A stretch of 63,902 bases of DNA, filler included, from Craspedostauros australis (Eukaryota), in assembly GCA_030167865.1 (NCBI GenBank). It is 6 parts of 6 records of this genome, joined end to end, with 100 filler letters (N's around TTAATTAATTAA, not from the genome) between each part and the next. Parts side by side here need not be neighbours in the genome. Positions count along the whole stretch, not along the records: positions 1 to 28,722 come from JALAGF010003951.1; 5 more parts are not named here. The stretch is one strand, 5' to 3'. A program made the position numbers and the translations under genes. The notes below the pieces were generated by a model. It was given only the letters and a program-made list of their open reading frames with translations, did no database searches and was not told the origin of the DNA. Positions 1-10,913 of the stretch are shown here, piece by piece (position 1 is the first letter of the stretch; each line of letters starts with the position of its first letter).

Positions 1-25
1 CAGCACGAGCGCAGGCGCCATCAAC

Positions 26-3000
26 ATGACCACAATTGCTGAGCACAAGCACAAGGACGCGACCTCCATTCCTGAATTCGAGAGCGCTCGAACCAACATG
101 CAAATCGACAAGGCGGTTTACAATGCGCACGGTCCCGAAGATCCGAGTCTATCCCATGATGCCTCCTCCATCGTCAGTGACCTGGACTCGCACCAAGCGG
201 AGCTTCCCTTCGATCAGGTTGGCCTGATCGGCAGGAGCAAGGAGCTCAGGTTGCTTCGGCATGCATTCAACAAGACTTTCATGGGGACAGCCCAACGTAG
301 CGATGCGTCTCGCGATGCCAAAGAACCCAACAGCTGTGACATCAGCGGTGACAGCAGCATCGGCAAGAGCCTGGATTCTGCAGAGTTTGAAGCGGATGCT
401 CCGAAGAGCAACGGCAGCATCGAAAACGACCACAGCAGCGCTGTGCTGCCAACCGTCCCACCCTCGAGAAGGACGCTCGTGCTCATACCGGGGCACTCGG
501 GCAGTGGAAAGACGGCGCTTGCCATGCAAGTGAAACAATTCGGGTATGCCCAAGACACCACCAAGCGGCAACCACCCTTCCATGGTTTCTTCGCATGTGG
601 CAAATGCGAGATCTCCGAAATGAATGCGGAACAACCGTACGCCGGCATCAAATCGGCCTTGAGGGATCTGTGCAATCAGATCCTCTGCTTGCCAAGGGAC
701 GAGCAGCAGACTGATTTCTTGAGCACCGCACCATTGTCGAAGATGGTCAAGAAAGCGGCATCAATGACCGTATCAGAATCCACCGCGGCTTCGTCGTCTT
801 CCGTATCCTCGTCTGCATCGGTGTCATCATCGTCGTCATCTCCAACGCCGTCACCGTTGCTGTTGCCGTCACCAACAGCGAATGAGGCGAATGCAAGGTC
901 TGATGGAGAAACGGGTCCTTCCTCGCCACCAGAAGCCGTGAACGACCCGCGTCGGCTCTCCATTCTTCGGGAGAAGCTGAAACAAGGAATGACACGAGGC
1001 GAGATTCTCGCGCTGTCCAATGTCATCCCCGAACTTCCTCAAGTCGTTTACGGCGTCGACTTCCTGGAAGTGGTCGGCGATTCTGTCAGCGCCGGCACCT
1101 CCGCCAAGCAAGTGAGTGACGAATCCTGCGCCATGAGCGTATCGACCGCATTCTCGATGAGACAGCACAAGACCAGACCGTGGACCGAGCGCATCGGATA
1201 CCGCGCCCACGGCGACAGGCTCAAGTTCGCCCTCCAGAAGCTGATCCAGATTGTGTGCAGCTACCGCCCCCTGGTCTTCGTCGTCGATGATCTGCAGTGG
1301 GCGGACAAGGCGTCGCTGGATATTCTCAAATCATGGATGTTCGACACCCAGAATTCGTCCCTGATGGTGATTGGATGCTACAGATCCAACCTCCTTGAGG
1401 AAAATGATTCCCTCAAGGCCACCCTGACGACTCTCGAAGAATCCAAGCGAGAGAGGTCGTTGCGGATCGTCAACCTCCCCATCCAAGACCTGGAACTCCA
1501 TCACATAAATGAGATGCTGTGTCGTTTGCTGGGCTCTCAACCATCGAACGCATCCAACACGTTGGATGTCACCGACCAAAGCGTTGGCGGCCACTGCAAG
1601 GTCGTGGAAGCTCTTGCCGATGTTGTGCATAAGAAGACAGGAGGCAACCCTTTGTTCATTCAACGATTCCTGCAATCGTTGGTGCATGACAAGTTGCTGA
1701 GATACAACGCCTCGTCGTTCTCGCCAGCACGAACACCAGCATCAACATCGAAATCAACATCGAAATCAACAGCGGCACCTGCATGGAAGTGGACATGGGA
1801 CGATGACGAAATGAAAGCCAGGTCGCCAACCGCCACCACCGTCCTCACCATCATGAAGAACAAGTTGAAGCAGGTCACGAATGCATGCCAGATCCTCCCC
1901 ATTGCGGCATGCTTGGGTGCGTCGTTTTCATACTCGACGATCTCTATTGTCATGCGCGGCCTCTCGATCCATTCGGCTCATTCGGCCTTCGTGCAGGAGC
2001 TGTTCGGAATCGATCGATTCGTTTCGACCAAAGACATCGGCAAGATGCTGAGAGCATGCGAGCGCGAAGGCCTGCTGGAGAAATCACAAGGCCGTGCAGC
2101 TTCTGCGGACGAACGCAACCAGCTGTCTTCGATCACGGAATCCAGCAACCTGCAAAGGAAGAAGGCCAGAGGTGGCTCCAAGAAATCCATCATCTACAAT
2201 TTCAGCCATGACAAGGTCCAAGAAGCGGCTCTGGATTTGGTGGAGGAAAAGGAGCAGCTTTCAGAGCTCAAGTACCGTGTTGGCGAGATCCTGCTGTTCG
2301 GCCTCCCGGAGGAGGAGCTCGATCAGAAGATCTTCATGGTCACCAACCTCGTCAACTCCAGACTTGATCTCGTGCCTGACGTCAACAAAGGCAACCGCGG
2401 CAGGCGCGTGACGATGCTCAATTTCCATGCCGGCACCAAGGCCGTCAGCTGCTCGGCGTTCCAGCTGGCGTCCATCTACTTCAAGCATTCCATCGATCTC
2501 CTCCCCAACAACCACTGGGACGTGATGAGCGACGAGACTTTGGAGATCTACAGCGCCGCGGCCGAGTGTGCGTTTGTCCTATCAAATCTTGACCAGGCTC
2601 GCAGGTACTGCACCGTCATCACGGAATCCAAATGCGATACGCTGCTCAAGATCGATGCCTACCAAACCCTCATCGACGTGGCGATGGCTGAGGTCCAAAA
2701 AGACACGCAGGAGGCAAGCGCCGTGGGTATCTGCATGGACGTTCTCTCCCAGCTGGGGTGCAAGCTTCCGAAACCGGGGTTCCAGCGGATGTTCCACAGC
2801 GCCATTGGTTTGATCAAGCTGAAGCACACAGTTTCCAAGATCACTCCAAAGGTGATCAATGATCTTCGCGTCATCGACAACGAGAAGGAGGATGCCATTT
2901 TACGAATATTGGGGAAACTGACCAAGGTCTGCTACTTCTTTGATAAAAAGTCCATCACATGCGTAGTGCTGCAGATCATGCGTCGAACTCTCAAGTACGG

Positions 3001-4066
3001 CGTATCTGAGCACTCTCCCTCGGCTTTCCTCATCCTGAGCGTCATGACGGAGTTCGGTTTTGGCAACGCTAAGACCAAGCAGATCCTGGGACAGAGGGCG
3101 CTCGATTTGATGGAGAAGATGGACAATCCGTCCACGGCGACTAGGATTATTTTCAACAATTACTCGTTGGTCCAGCACTGGAAGCGCCCTCTCGAGGACA
3201 TGAGGCAGCCATTCCTAGACACGTACCGCATGGGGATGTCCATCGGCGACGTCGACACCGCAGCATGGAGTGTCGCGGTGTACATCGGAGTCGGCTTTGC
3301 CACCGGAACGCCATTGGACCAGATCGATGCCGACTGCGCGACGTACTCTAGGGTCTTGCTCGATTTCCACCAGAGCGTACAATACGCATTCTTCATCATC
3401 TCTTGGCAACAGGTCCTCAACCTTCGCGGTGCATCCATGCACCGCACCTTGCTCATCGGCGACGCCTTCGACGAGAGCACCATCACCGCCGGTGGCGATA
3501 ATGCGACGCAAGGGCTCTACTACAGAGCAACGATGACCTCAAAAATGGCGCTTTGCAGCTACTTTGGGAAATACGAAGAAGGCGCCAAACTGTTGGCACC
3601 CCACATCGATCTAGTCATGAAAGACTATCCGAGCTCGCATTCGGTGCCTCCGGTCGTATTCCTGACCGGACTCTGTTGCTTGGTGGCCACACAATCGAAG
3701 AAGGGCAACCGCCTTTATCGCAGGACTGCTCAGAAATGCCGGAAGCAACTGAAGGCATGGAGCAAGCAGGGGCATCCCAACTGCCCGCACTACATCATGC
3801 TCCTGGATGCCGAACACAAGTGGCTGCACGGCAACCTCAAGGCCGCCACAGAACTCTTCACTCAGGCCATTCAAAGTGCTTCCGAGCGTGGGTACATCAA
3901 TGATCAAGCACTCGCGAATGAGCGGCTGGGAGATTGCTGGATGGAACGTGGCCGGGATGATGACGCGAGGTCTCCATACGAAGAGTCCATTCGCTTGTAT
4001 CAACAATGGGGAGCAACGAGAAAGGTCGAGGATCTGAAGGAAAAGGTGGATCAGATCTTTCAATGA
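26..4066 (+). CDS. STAND-like AAA ATPase (AAA_16/COG3899 type) with C-terminal helical TPR-like region, copy 1
   Basis: Intronless 1346-aa ORF. Motifs: LIGRSKE, Walker A GHSGSGKT, GKCE..PYAGI, Walker B PLVFVVDDLQWAD, IGCYRSN, TGGNPLF, FSHDKVQEAA, then LNFHAGTKA, KYGVSEHS, DQALANER and YQQWGA. These are typical of the core of bacterial multi-sensor kinase/ATPases. Confidence 0.9.
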   Translation: MTTIAEHKHKDATSIPEFESARTNMQIDKAVYNAHGPEDPSLSHDASSIVSDLDSHQAELPFDQVGLIGRSKELRLLRHAFNKTFMGTAQRSDASRDAKEPNSCDISGDSSIGKSLDSAEFEADAPKSNGSIENDHSSAVLPTVPPSRRTLVLIPGHSGSGKTALAMQVKQFGYAQDTTKRQPPFHGFFACGKCEISEMNAEQPYAGIKSALRDLCNQILCLPRDEQQTDFLSTAPLSKMVKKAASMTVSESTAASSSSVSSSASVSSSSSSPTPSPLLLPSPTANEANARSDGETGPSSPPEAVNDPRRLSILREKLKQGMTRGEILALSNVIPELPQVVYGVDFLEVVGDSVSAGTSAKQVSDESCAMSVSTAFSMRQHKTRPWTERIGYRAHGDRLKFALQKLIQIVCSYRPLVFVVDDLQWADKASLDILKSWMFDTQNSSLMVIGCYRSNLLEENDSLKATLTTLEESKRERSLRIVNLPIQDLELHHINEMLCRLLGSQPSNASNTLDVTDQSVGGHCKVVEALADVVHKKTGGNPLFIQRFLQSLVHDKLLRYNASSFSPARTPASTSKSTSKSTAAPAWKWTWDDDEMKARSPTATTVLTIMKNKLKQVTNACQILPIAACLGASFSYSTISIVMRGLSIHSAHSAFVQELFGIDRFVSTKDIGKMLRACEREGLLEKSQGRAASADERNQLSSITESSNLQRKKARGGSKKSIIYNFSHDKVQEAALDLVEEKEQLSELKYRVGEILLFGLPEEELDQKIFMVTNLVNSRLDLVPDVNKGNRGRRVTMLNFHAGTKAVSCSAFQLASIYFKHSIDLLPNNHWDVMSDETLEIYSAAAECAFVLSNLDQARRYCTVITESKCDTLLKIDAYQTLIDVAMAEVQKDTQEASAVGICMDVLSQLGCKLPKPGFQRMFHSAIGLIKLKHTVSKITPKVINDLRVIDNEKEDAILRILGKLTKVCYFFDKKSITCVVLQIMRRTLKYGVSEHSPSAFLILSVMTEFGFGNAKTKQILGQRALDLMEKMDNPSTATRIIFNNYSLVQHWKRPLEDMRQPFLDTYRMGMSIGDVDTAAWSVAVYIGVGFATGTPLDQIDADCATYSRVLLDFHQSVQYAFFIISWQQVLNLRGASMHRTLLIGDAFDESTITAGGDNATQGLYYRATMTSKMALCSYFGKYEEGAKLLAPHIDLVMKDYPSSHSVPPVVFLTGLCCLVATQSKKGNRLYRRTAQKCRKQLKAWSKQGHPNCPHYIMLLDAEHKWLHGNLKAATELFTQAIQSASERGYINDQALANERLGDCWMERGRDDDARSPYEESIRLYQQWGATRKVEDLKEKVDQIFQ

Positions 4067-4439
4067 ATAGTACGGCATGGCATGGCATGTATTGGACATG
4101 TTGCGATGGTGTACCAGTACTCAATGGGATCTATCACACTACGAGGAGGGGAATGTTTGTTTTAGTATTATTGACTTGGTAATCTTCTTTAATATGGATG
4201 CAATAGTACTCTGGAGAGTAGATGTTGTGCTCTTCGGTTGTGTGGAGCAAGATGGCGTGTCTCTCACAGAGTACTCACGTTCGACTCTGCCCAGGTTGGT
4301 CGTTTGTTCGGTTGGCTGCGCGTTGGCTGCTACCATCGTCGATGAACCAAACATTTGCGCATGCCATCACTCGTGAGCCATGCCAGCAGAATCGTCTGAG
4401 CGATCCCATCACGCAGCTCCAGTATCTATCATGCTTTGT

Positions 4440-6450
4440 TCATCTTCGTTGGGCTGATTGCGACGGACGTACAGCTCTCACAAGAGGCCAGGGAGGAAAC
4501 GCCCACCACCGACTGGGTACGGGATGTACGGCAGAGAGTTGCTGCCAGGTGGAGATAGTTGGTGTTGTTGTTGTCCGTCGCCAGTCACGGCACAGTACAG
4601 ATGGTTCTCTCCTCCTTTGTTCTGAAACAATTCCTTGATCGAGCGAACGCCGCCATTTGATTTCGCAATGTTTCTCCATTTGGGACAGTGCTTCCACCAA
4701 CCGCTCCTCCTTGGCAAGAGAAGCCTCGTCGCAACGCTGCGCGGCCAAGTGCTGTCTGCGTCAGCCGGCTGCTTGCAGGGTTTATGCAAGTGCAAGCCTT
4801 CCGGTGCAACGTCGTATTCCACCGAAACGGGGACAACGCCCTCCAGTGCCTTCCACGCACGCTTGGTTTCCTCATCCAGCTGTGGACTTCCATCTTCGCC
4901 ATCTTTGCCGTCGATATTACTGCCTGAGGGCATGCCAAGCACATCCGTCAATACGGATTGCACGTCCACACAGGATTTCTCTTCCACGGCCAAGGCGGCG
5001 AAAATGGCACAGCTCACAGCCTGTATCGCCAGGGCTTCGAATGTGAACGAGGTTGCTACCAACGTCGTCTCGGACTGCCGTTGTAAATTGCGGCCCTGCA
5101 TGAAGCAGATACAGAGCAGGCAGCTGCATGACCTCGTTGAGCTCAAATGGCTGCTCCAGAGTTCGGTCTTCTTCACTTTTGGGTGGGAACTCTCTTGGCA
5201 CCACTATACCCCTCTTTCCAATGAGGGCCTCCATGAATGTCCAGCTCGGCTCGGAATGCATGCTGTTGACGTCAGGAGCACCATGGTATCGAATGCCGTG
5301 AACATATTTTCGTGCAACCCTTGCCGTTGCTTCGTCATCTTCTGGCACAGTGAGCTTCTGTGGGTATAGATGAGCCGCAAGTGCCTCCGATGCTGTGGAT
5401 GCCCGACCTCGTGCAGCATTGTTTCCATAATGATAGTCTGCATGAGGACTAGACCACAACGATCCCATTGCGTCGTTCCGTATGTATCTCTTGAAAGTCA
5501 AGGACGCGAGCTTGGCTTCTTCGCATGGATCGCTGTACGACAGTCTGGTGCTGTACATTTGAGCGATCAAAAGTGAAGTCATCTTCGCGTTATTGCCCAC
5601 GATGATCTTGAGGAAAAGAGGCTCGCTCAGATCGCCGTAGCTTGGGACCTTCCCATTCTCCTTGCGACATTCCTTGACTGAGGAATCAGTGGCAAGCACT
5701 TCGTACACCTCCTCCTCTGATTTGTAGGCGCTGGGTTGCATGCATCGGTAGTTGGCATCGTCGGACGGAATTGTGAGTCTACATGCTCCGATGGCTGCCA
5801 CGGACAAAAGTACCTGGATTTTCAAGGTGGTCGTACTGCTGATTTTACCACCAAGTCCACCCGCAATAAACTGTCCCAGCTCTTCGCCAAGACTGTCGTA
5901 GCCGTTGATGATCGCCTGCGGCAGGTTGGGGCTGACTGTTGCTTGGTCGATGGCGAAAACGATTCGAATGGGCTCCTCCTCCCCTGCTTCGACTTCACCC
6001 GTTGCTTTGGCTTCTTCCCACTTGTCTATGGTGTCGATGGCGATGGAGAAAATGGTCCCTGCAGTTGCGGAGATGCGTCTCCAAATCTTTCTTCAGCCAG
6101 TACAAGCATTCCTTCTTCTGATCACGCGGTGGATTGAACTACCGCATGCCGTCCTTTACTTGATGCACAATGCTGATCATGCCACCTCTCAAGTGCACGC
6201 TTGCTACGAGTTCGGTGGTCTTTCCGCTTCCGCTCGGGGTGGAGTAAACCAACACTTTGTCGCGGTCTTCGCCTAGATTCAGCTTCTTGAGAAAGACGGT
6301 GGGATCCAACGGTTGTTGTACTCGTGGGAACACATGTAGAGATGAGTCCAAACTCGTACAGCAAGCATGCGTATCGTAGTAATATGCTCCAAGAGACATG
6401 CTCTTATCGTGTGGTAGGATCGGAGTGCGCAACACCATTGTGTTTTCTGA
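4440..6450 (-). pseudogene. Degenerate P-loop NTPase gene, possibly Crinkler/RHS-type NTPase-like
   Basis: Manual translation gives Walker A VYSTPSGSGKTTEL (~6210-6250) and an in-frame TAG at 6139-6141 (KDGMR*FNPPRDQKKECLYWLKK). A frameshift near 6050 leads to Walker B-like IRIVFAIDQA (~5940-5970), which reads into ORF 4917-5825. Apparent further frameshifts lead into ORFs 4478-5176 and 4440-4748. Boundaries are approximate. Confidence 0.6.
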
Positions 6451-7094
6451 ATCCATTGGTGGCAACACGAGAAGAGATGTCGAGGTTGCGGAAAACACAC
6501 AAACAAGGGAGCAGCGGGAGCCAACCAAATCGGAGATAGAACTTTCTGGGGAAAGCAGGCTCAGCCAGCACCAAAGAAGAGAGAGAGACGGTCGCGCAGT
6601 CAATAGAACTCTCGGAAAGATATGGTCCCGTCGTGTTCTTGCTTGCTTCTTGTTTCTATTAGAATAGTATACCGTTTATGTTTTCATCAAGTTAGCGCTG
6701 CGTCCGGTCGGCCATTAAAGCAGGAAGGGAAGTCCTCCTGGTCCATCTCTTGCGTCACATTGCTGTATCGTTCGAGCTCCAGGAGCATGATGGTATACGT
6801 ATGCACGTACCAATGGATGATGAGCGAGCGAGCGAGCGTATGGTGTAGTATCTCTACGATATGTGCGAGTATGCGCCAATGCCCCATCCCCGGTTGTTGA
6901 ATTCGCCGTCATCTGAAAGTGCAAGTTGTATGGCATGCTCCCTCCATGCCACCCACTGACGGTTTGCTGCATGATGACAAATGATGATCCGCGAACAAGG
7001 TTGGTCGATGAATAGTTTCGCGCTTGCGTATGCGCCTGTGTCTGTGGACTGTATGTTTCCACCAGTAAGTCCGCGTCCAATGCCAGCCCCTCCC

Positions 7095-8021
7095 TCACAT
7101 AGTACTGTTCCCGATGTTCTTGCACCAAAAGAACAGCCAGTACAGCGGCAGAGCGATCGCCATGCCGTTGAGGATGGTGCCGATGGGGTCCTCCTGATAT
7201 AGGGAATCAGGATCAGTCTTCTTGATCTCGTCGTCGTTCTCCACCAGCTTGGATGCGGACGAGACTTTGGTGAAGAGATGACGGCGCGACAATCGCTTGG
7301 GTGGTAAGAGGGACACGTTGGGATTCTGGCTGAAGTGAAGGCGCTGCCGGCGAGGAGACAGCGGTGGGGACAGGCACGAGAGGGGTGGTCTGCTGTGCAG
7401 CATGTCGGCAGGATTCGTGGCAACACGTTCTGATTCCGCAGCATGTTCGTGTCGGTTCGTGGCAGCTGGTGGTAAGGCATGGAATGTGGTCGCATCCGTC
7501 TGCGCGTCATGTGCTTGCGTCGCGGTGATGTCGTACGCGACGGCAGCGGAAGGTGGTGTTGGTTGCGGCACTTGCGATGGCACCGCGATGGAGGACGCGG
7601 CGGGTTCGCTGTCTGTGGTCGCGGATGTCGAGGTTGAGGTCGCTGTGGCTGTTGCGGTGGAAAGCAAGGAAGAGGCGTCATCAGCGGTGGTCGTCATTTT
7701 GGCCTTCTTGGGTTCATGCGTCGCATCGTTGTTGGTGGCGATTGCTGCTGCAGCGGGCACAGTGACGCTGACGGTTGCTGCCACCGCAACCACCTCGGGA
7801 GCAGGAGCCGTCGTTGGTTTGCTGGGCACATCGAGCTTGGCCTGATCCGCCTTTCGCTTTCCCTTGTTCAGCGTGGCGGAGGGTCTCCTACCCCGTCTCG
7901 CTCCCGTTACTGCTGCGATTGTGATCGAAGCTGCTACTGCGGCCTTTCGCGGTCTCCTGGTGCGAGAGGGTGGCGATACGGCCATGGCGGTCGCTTCGGC
8001 ATCGCTCTTTGATGATGGCAT
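7095..8021 (-). CDS. Hypothetical low-complexity Ala/Thr/Pro-rich protein with a basic N-terminus and a C-terminal hydrophobic segment
   Basis: 308-aa ATG-initiated ORF. Basic RRPRK/RRGRR patches; C-terminal ILNGMAIALPLYWLFFW is a possible tail anchor. Confidence 0.6.
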   Translation of the reverse strand: MPSSKSDAEATAMAVSPPSRTRRPRKAAVAASITIAAVTGARRGRRPSATLNKGKRKADQAKLDVPSKPTTAPAPEVVAVAATVSVTVPAAAAIATNNDATHEPKKAKMTTTADDASSLLSTATATATSTSTSATTDSEPAASSIAVPSQVPQPTPPSAAVAYDITATQAHDAQTDATTFHALPPAATNRHEHAAESERVATNPADMLHSRPPLSCLSPPLSPRRQRLHFSQNPNVSLLPPKRLSRRHLFTKVSSASKLVENDDEIKKTDPDSLYQEDPIGTILNGMAIALPLYWLFFWCKNIGNSTM

Positions 8022-9140
8022 TGTGTCTGTTCGGATATAATAATATTATCGTATATATGTAATAGATCTGGATATAGATCTGGATGTTGGTGTGGATATT
8101 GGTGTGGATGTTCTATGCTTCCCCGCAAAATCTTCTGCTCGATGTGTGCTGCAGCCTCGTTTCTTTGGTCCAAATGCTTGTATCGTTCGCTTGTATAATG
8201 AATTCCTTTTGTTGTTTGTCTATGATCACAGGCTGCTCTTCTTCCGGATGCTGTTGTCTCTGGCACTATAGCAATGGATTAAAGTAACCGAGCACTGCGA
8301 TGCACTTTACTTCGTTAGGAGATCGCTGATTTCACCCGCTGTTTGTGGAAATGGAGATTAATCGTCGTGCTGTTCGCACTTTGGCGCGGAAACGGAGAGG
8401 AGATGGAATAGATCAAAGAGTATCCGCACTCTCTACATGTACTCGTTTGGTACTTTGATGACAAGAGGCTATCGACGTGGCTGCTCCTGATGGTGCTGAT
8501 GATGTTACTGATGATGTTAATGATAATGGTGATGATGATGATCACTCTCAAGCAAAGATGAGATGTGGTGAGTGACAGATACGCCGTGATGACTGTTGTG
8601 GCTTGCAGCAGCGAGAATGTGTGCGAACAATGTTGTGGTCTGCGCGCTCTCTGGAGAGGTCAGCGCAACGGTGTCTTTCTCGCGCTACTTCGCGTTGTTG
8701 CCGCGTCCAACGGTCATCGACACGGTGTCAACGAAGGACATCGCTGACGCTCATCGCCACAACAGAGCACGCACGATGCGAGGTGATGTGATGTGATCTC
8801 TTTCTTCCCAATCCCCTTGTTGCTCTGGTCGTTCTTTTCCGTCTTCGTTCTGCGGAGCCGTCTGTCCGCATGCCCCCTCATCTTGATCGCTCCAATCGCT
8901 TGCGTGGAATTTTGGGGCAATTCTGATGTGTGGTCGAATTGGTCGTAGATGGAACTGTGTGGCGAGATCGAAGAAACAAGCGATGAGCAACATCCAAGGT
9001 GTCTGAAAGATACTGACATAGTCCACGATAGAGTTGTCGTACTCTTAACTACTTCACATCAATCTGTTAGCTGTGCTATTACCATGATATGTCATATTAT
9101 GCCATGCAGTATTTACGACACTTGTTACGTTCTTCTATCG

Positions 9141-10112
9141 CTACTTGCTTCGTGTGAAGACGAAGACACCCTCTGCCGAAGACGGACACGACCATTCGAA
9201 TCCTTGTTTCTTGGCTTCGTCGAGCACCAGATCGATGGGGACATTCCTTCTCGCGTATGCCAGCAGGAACACGCCATCTTCACTCAGAAAAGCATCCACC
9301 GTCTTCCACAAAGGCACGATGATCTCTGTCACGTAGATGATGTCGGCCGCTAGGATGGTGTCGAATGGGGCATCGTAATGCCTTGCAAATGCATCTAATT
9401 CGTGGCCCCAGATCAACTGCGGACAAGGGAGGATGAGCTGCGATGTCTTGTTGTCGTCGTCGTCGTCGCTGTTGCCAGCCGACACATTATTCGCCACGTT
9501 CTCCCTCAGGTTCTCCAACGTCGCCGTGTCGCCGTCCGTCATGATCACACGCTTGGCATTGAGATGATGTGCCAGGATGCCCACCAAGCCCAATCCAGCA
9601 CCCAGTTCCAAGCAAGATTTGTTGTGGATGAACGTCGCTTGTTCTTGCACCATGTAATCGCACAGCAACTCGGCTGCTCGCCACAGCGTAAGTCCTGTGC
9701 TGTGGAGCGTCTGTCCATTCTCCTGTTTCTGGCCATGCAGTGCAATGTGAATCATGCCATCGTTGCCATTGCTGCTGTCCTTCTCTGCGTCGCTCTTGCC
9801 AGCCGCACTGCCAGTACCCGCATTCCTTGGAAAGTCAAACTCGAATGTCTGATACGGATCTGGGTCCGCGAACATTGCGAACATGTCGTCATTCTCATCC
9901 GGGTATTCCTCTTCTTCCACTCCTCCAGTCATGTTAGGGACATCCTTTGTTGCCGCGATCTTGCCCTCATTCTTGTCCTTGTCGTTGTCGTTGTCGCCTG
10001 CTGTGCCATGCCCATCCGTCTTGGACGCTGCCTTCTCAGTGGCCTCCTTGGCTTGATTCTGATTATGAAACCGGGATTCTTTCCACGGGATATCGGTAGG
10101 TGGGTGGCTCAT
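9141..10112 (-). CDS. Seven-beta-strand protein methyltransferase (METTL21/Methyltransf_16 family)
   Basis: Motifs TGLTLWRAAELL, CLELGAGLGLVG, VIMTDGD, LIWG and ILAADIIY. Start placed at the first in-frame ATG (MSHPP, 10112); the ORF track extends to 10286 from a non-ATG codon. Confidence 0.88.
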   Translation of the reverse strand: MSHPPTDIPWKESRFHNQNQAKEATEKAASKTDGHGTAGDNDNDKDKNEGKIAATKDVPNMTGGVEEEEYPDENDDMFAMFADPDPYQTFEFDFPRNAGTGSAAGKSDAEKDSSNGNDGMIHIALHGQKQENGQTLHSTGLTLWRAAELLCDYMVQEQATFIHNKSCLELGAGLGLVGILAHHLNAKRVIMTDGDTATLENLRENVANNVSAGNSDDDDDNKTSQLILPCPQLIWGHELDAFARHYDAPFDTILAADIIYVTEIIVPLWKTVDAFLSEDGVFLLAYARRNVPIDLVLDEAKKQGFEWSCPSSAEGVFVFTRSK

Positions 10113-10913
10113 CGTCGAGGTGGAAGAAGTCCTGCTTGTCCAACGGCGTCGCGTTCGTGTTCCCCTGGCTGGCCAATGAAGCGGGACACAGCTGGCAGCA
10201 GCACGGGATGATGGAGCAGGGTGGCAGGGTACAGCAGATCTTGTCGAAGCAGCACGAGACGGTGAAGTAGATTCCAATGTGATCAATCATACTCGTAATC
10301 TGTTTGTCGTGGAGTGGAGTGGAGTGGAGTTGAACTTTGGTTGGTGCTGAAACGTCGATGCGATGCGTGAATTGGTTGGCTGGGTGGTTTGTGGTCGATG
10401 TCTGTGGTTGACGACTGTGGTTGGCAGCTGTCCCCAAAGACATGCACACAGAGGCGCGTGACCTGCACCTGCTTGGATGAGTGTCGGAAGATGCGACTTT
10501 GTTGGTCTTGTTCTCCTCTCTCGTTGTGTTCCAACTCTCTCTCTTGATGTTGGTGGGAAAATGTGTGATGGAGTTGTTGGGTGGAGTTGCTTGTGACCGA
10601 CGGTTAGATTTGCCACACCTGCGTGCAATAGAGGGGTTTCTCCATGTGAATCGTGTCATTGTGAAGCAATACCATCGCCAAATCCGATCACGAAGTCTGT
10701 GCGAAACGTTCTGCGTCAAGTTGCTGTGAAAAAGGATTGTATCAGTACTATCGCCAGAGGCTACTCTATTGGTTTAGATATAGAGGCCGCAACTTACTCT
10801 ACTCTATTTGTGCTGTGCCAAGTGCTCTGCTCTCCTCCACCATTCTATTCTCTATGATACATGTTACAGTGAACCTCCTCAAGACATCATCCATCCATCC
10901 ATCCATCTATCCA

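Noticed and set aside
26..4066. Bacterial contamination or a complete histidine/Ser-Thr kinase
   Set aside because: The gene is contiguous with intron-containing eukaryotic genes, a paralog has a spliceosomal intron, and no kinase, GAF or HATPase motifs are visible.
8065..8112. Short degenerate 12-nt repeats, and pentamer runs such as (GTGGA)n at ~10309 and (TAGAA)n at ~58355
   Set aside because: Ordinary simple repeats near gene ends with no evidence of a specific function.
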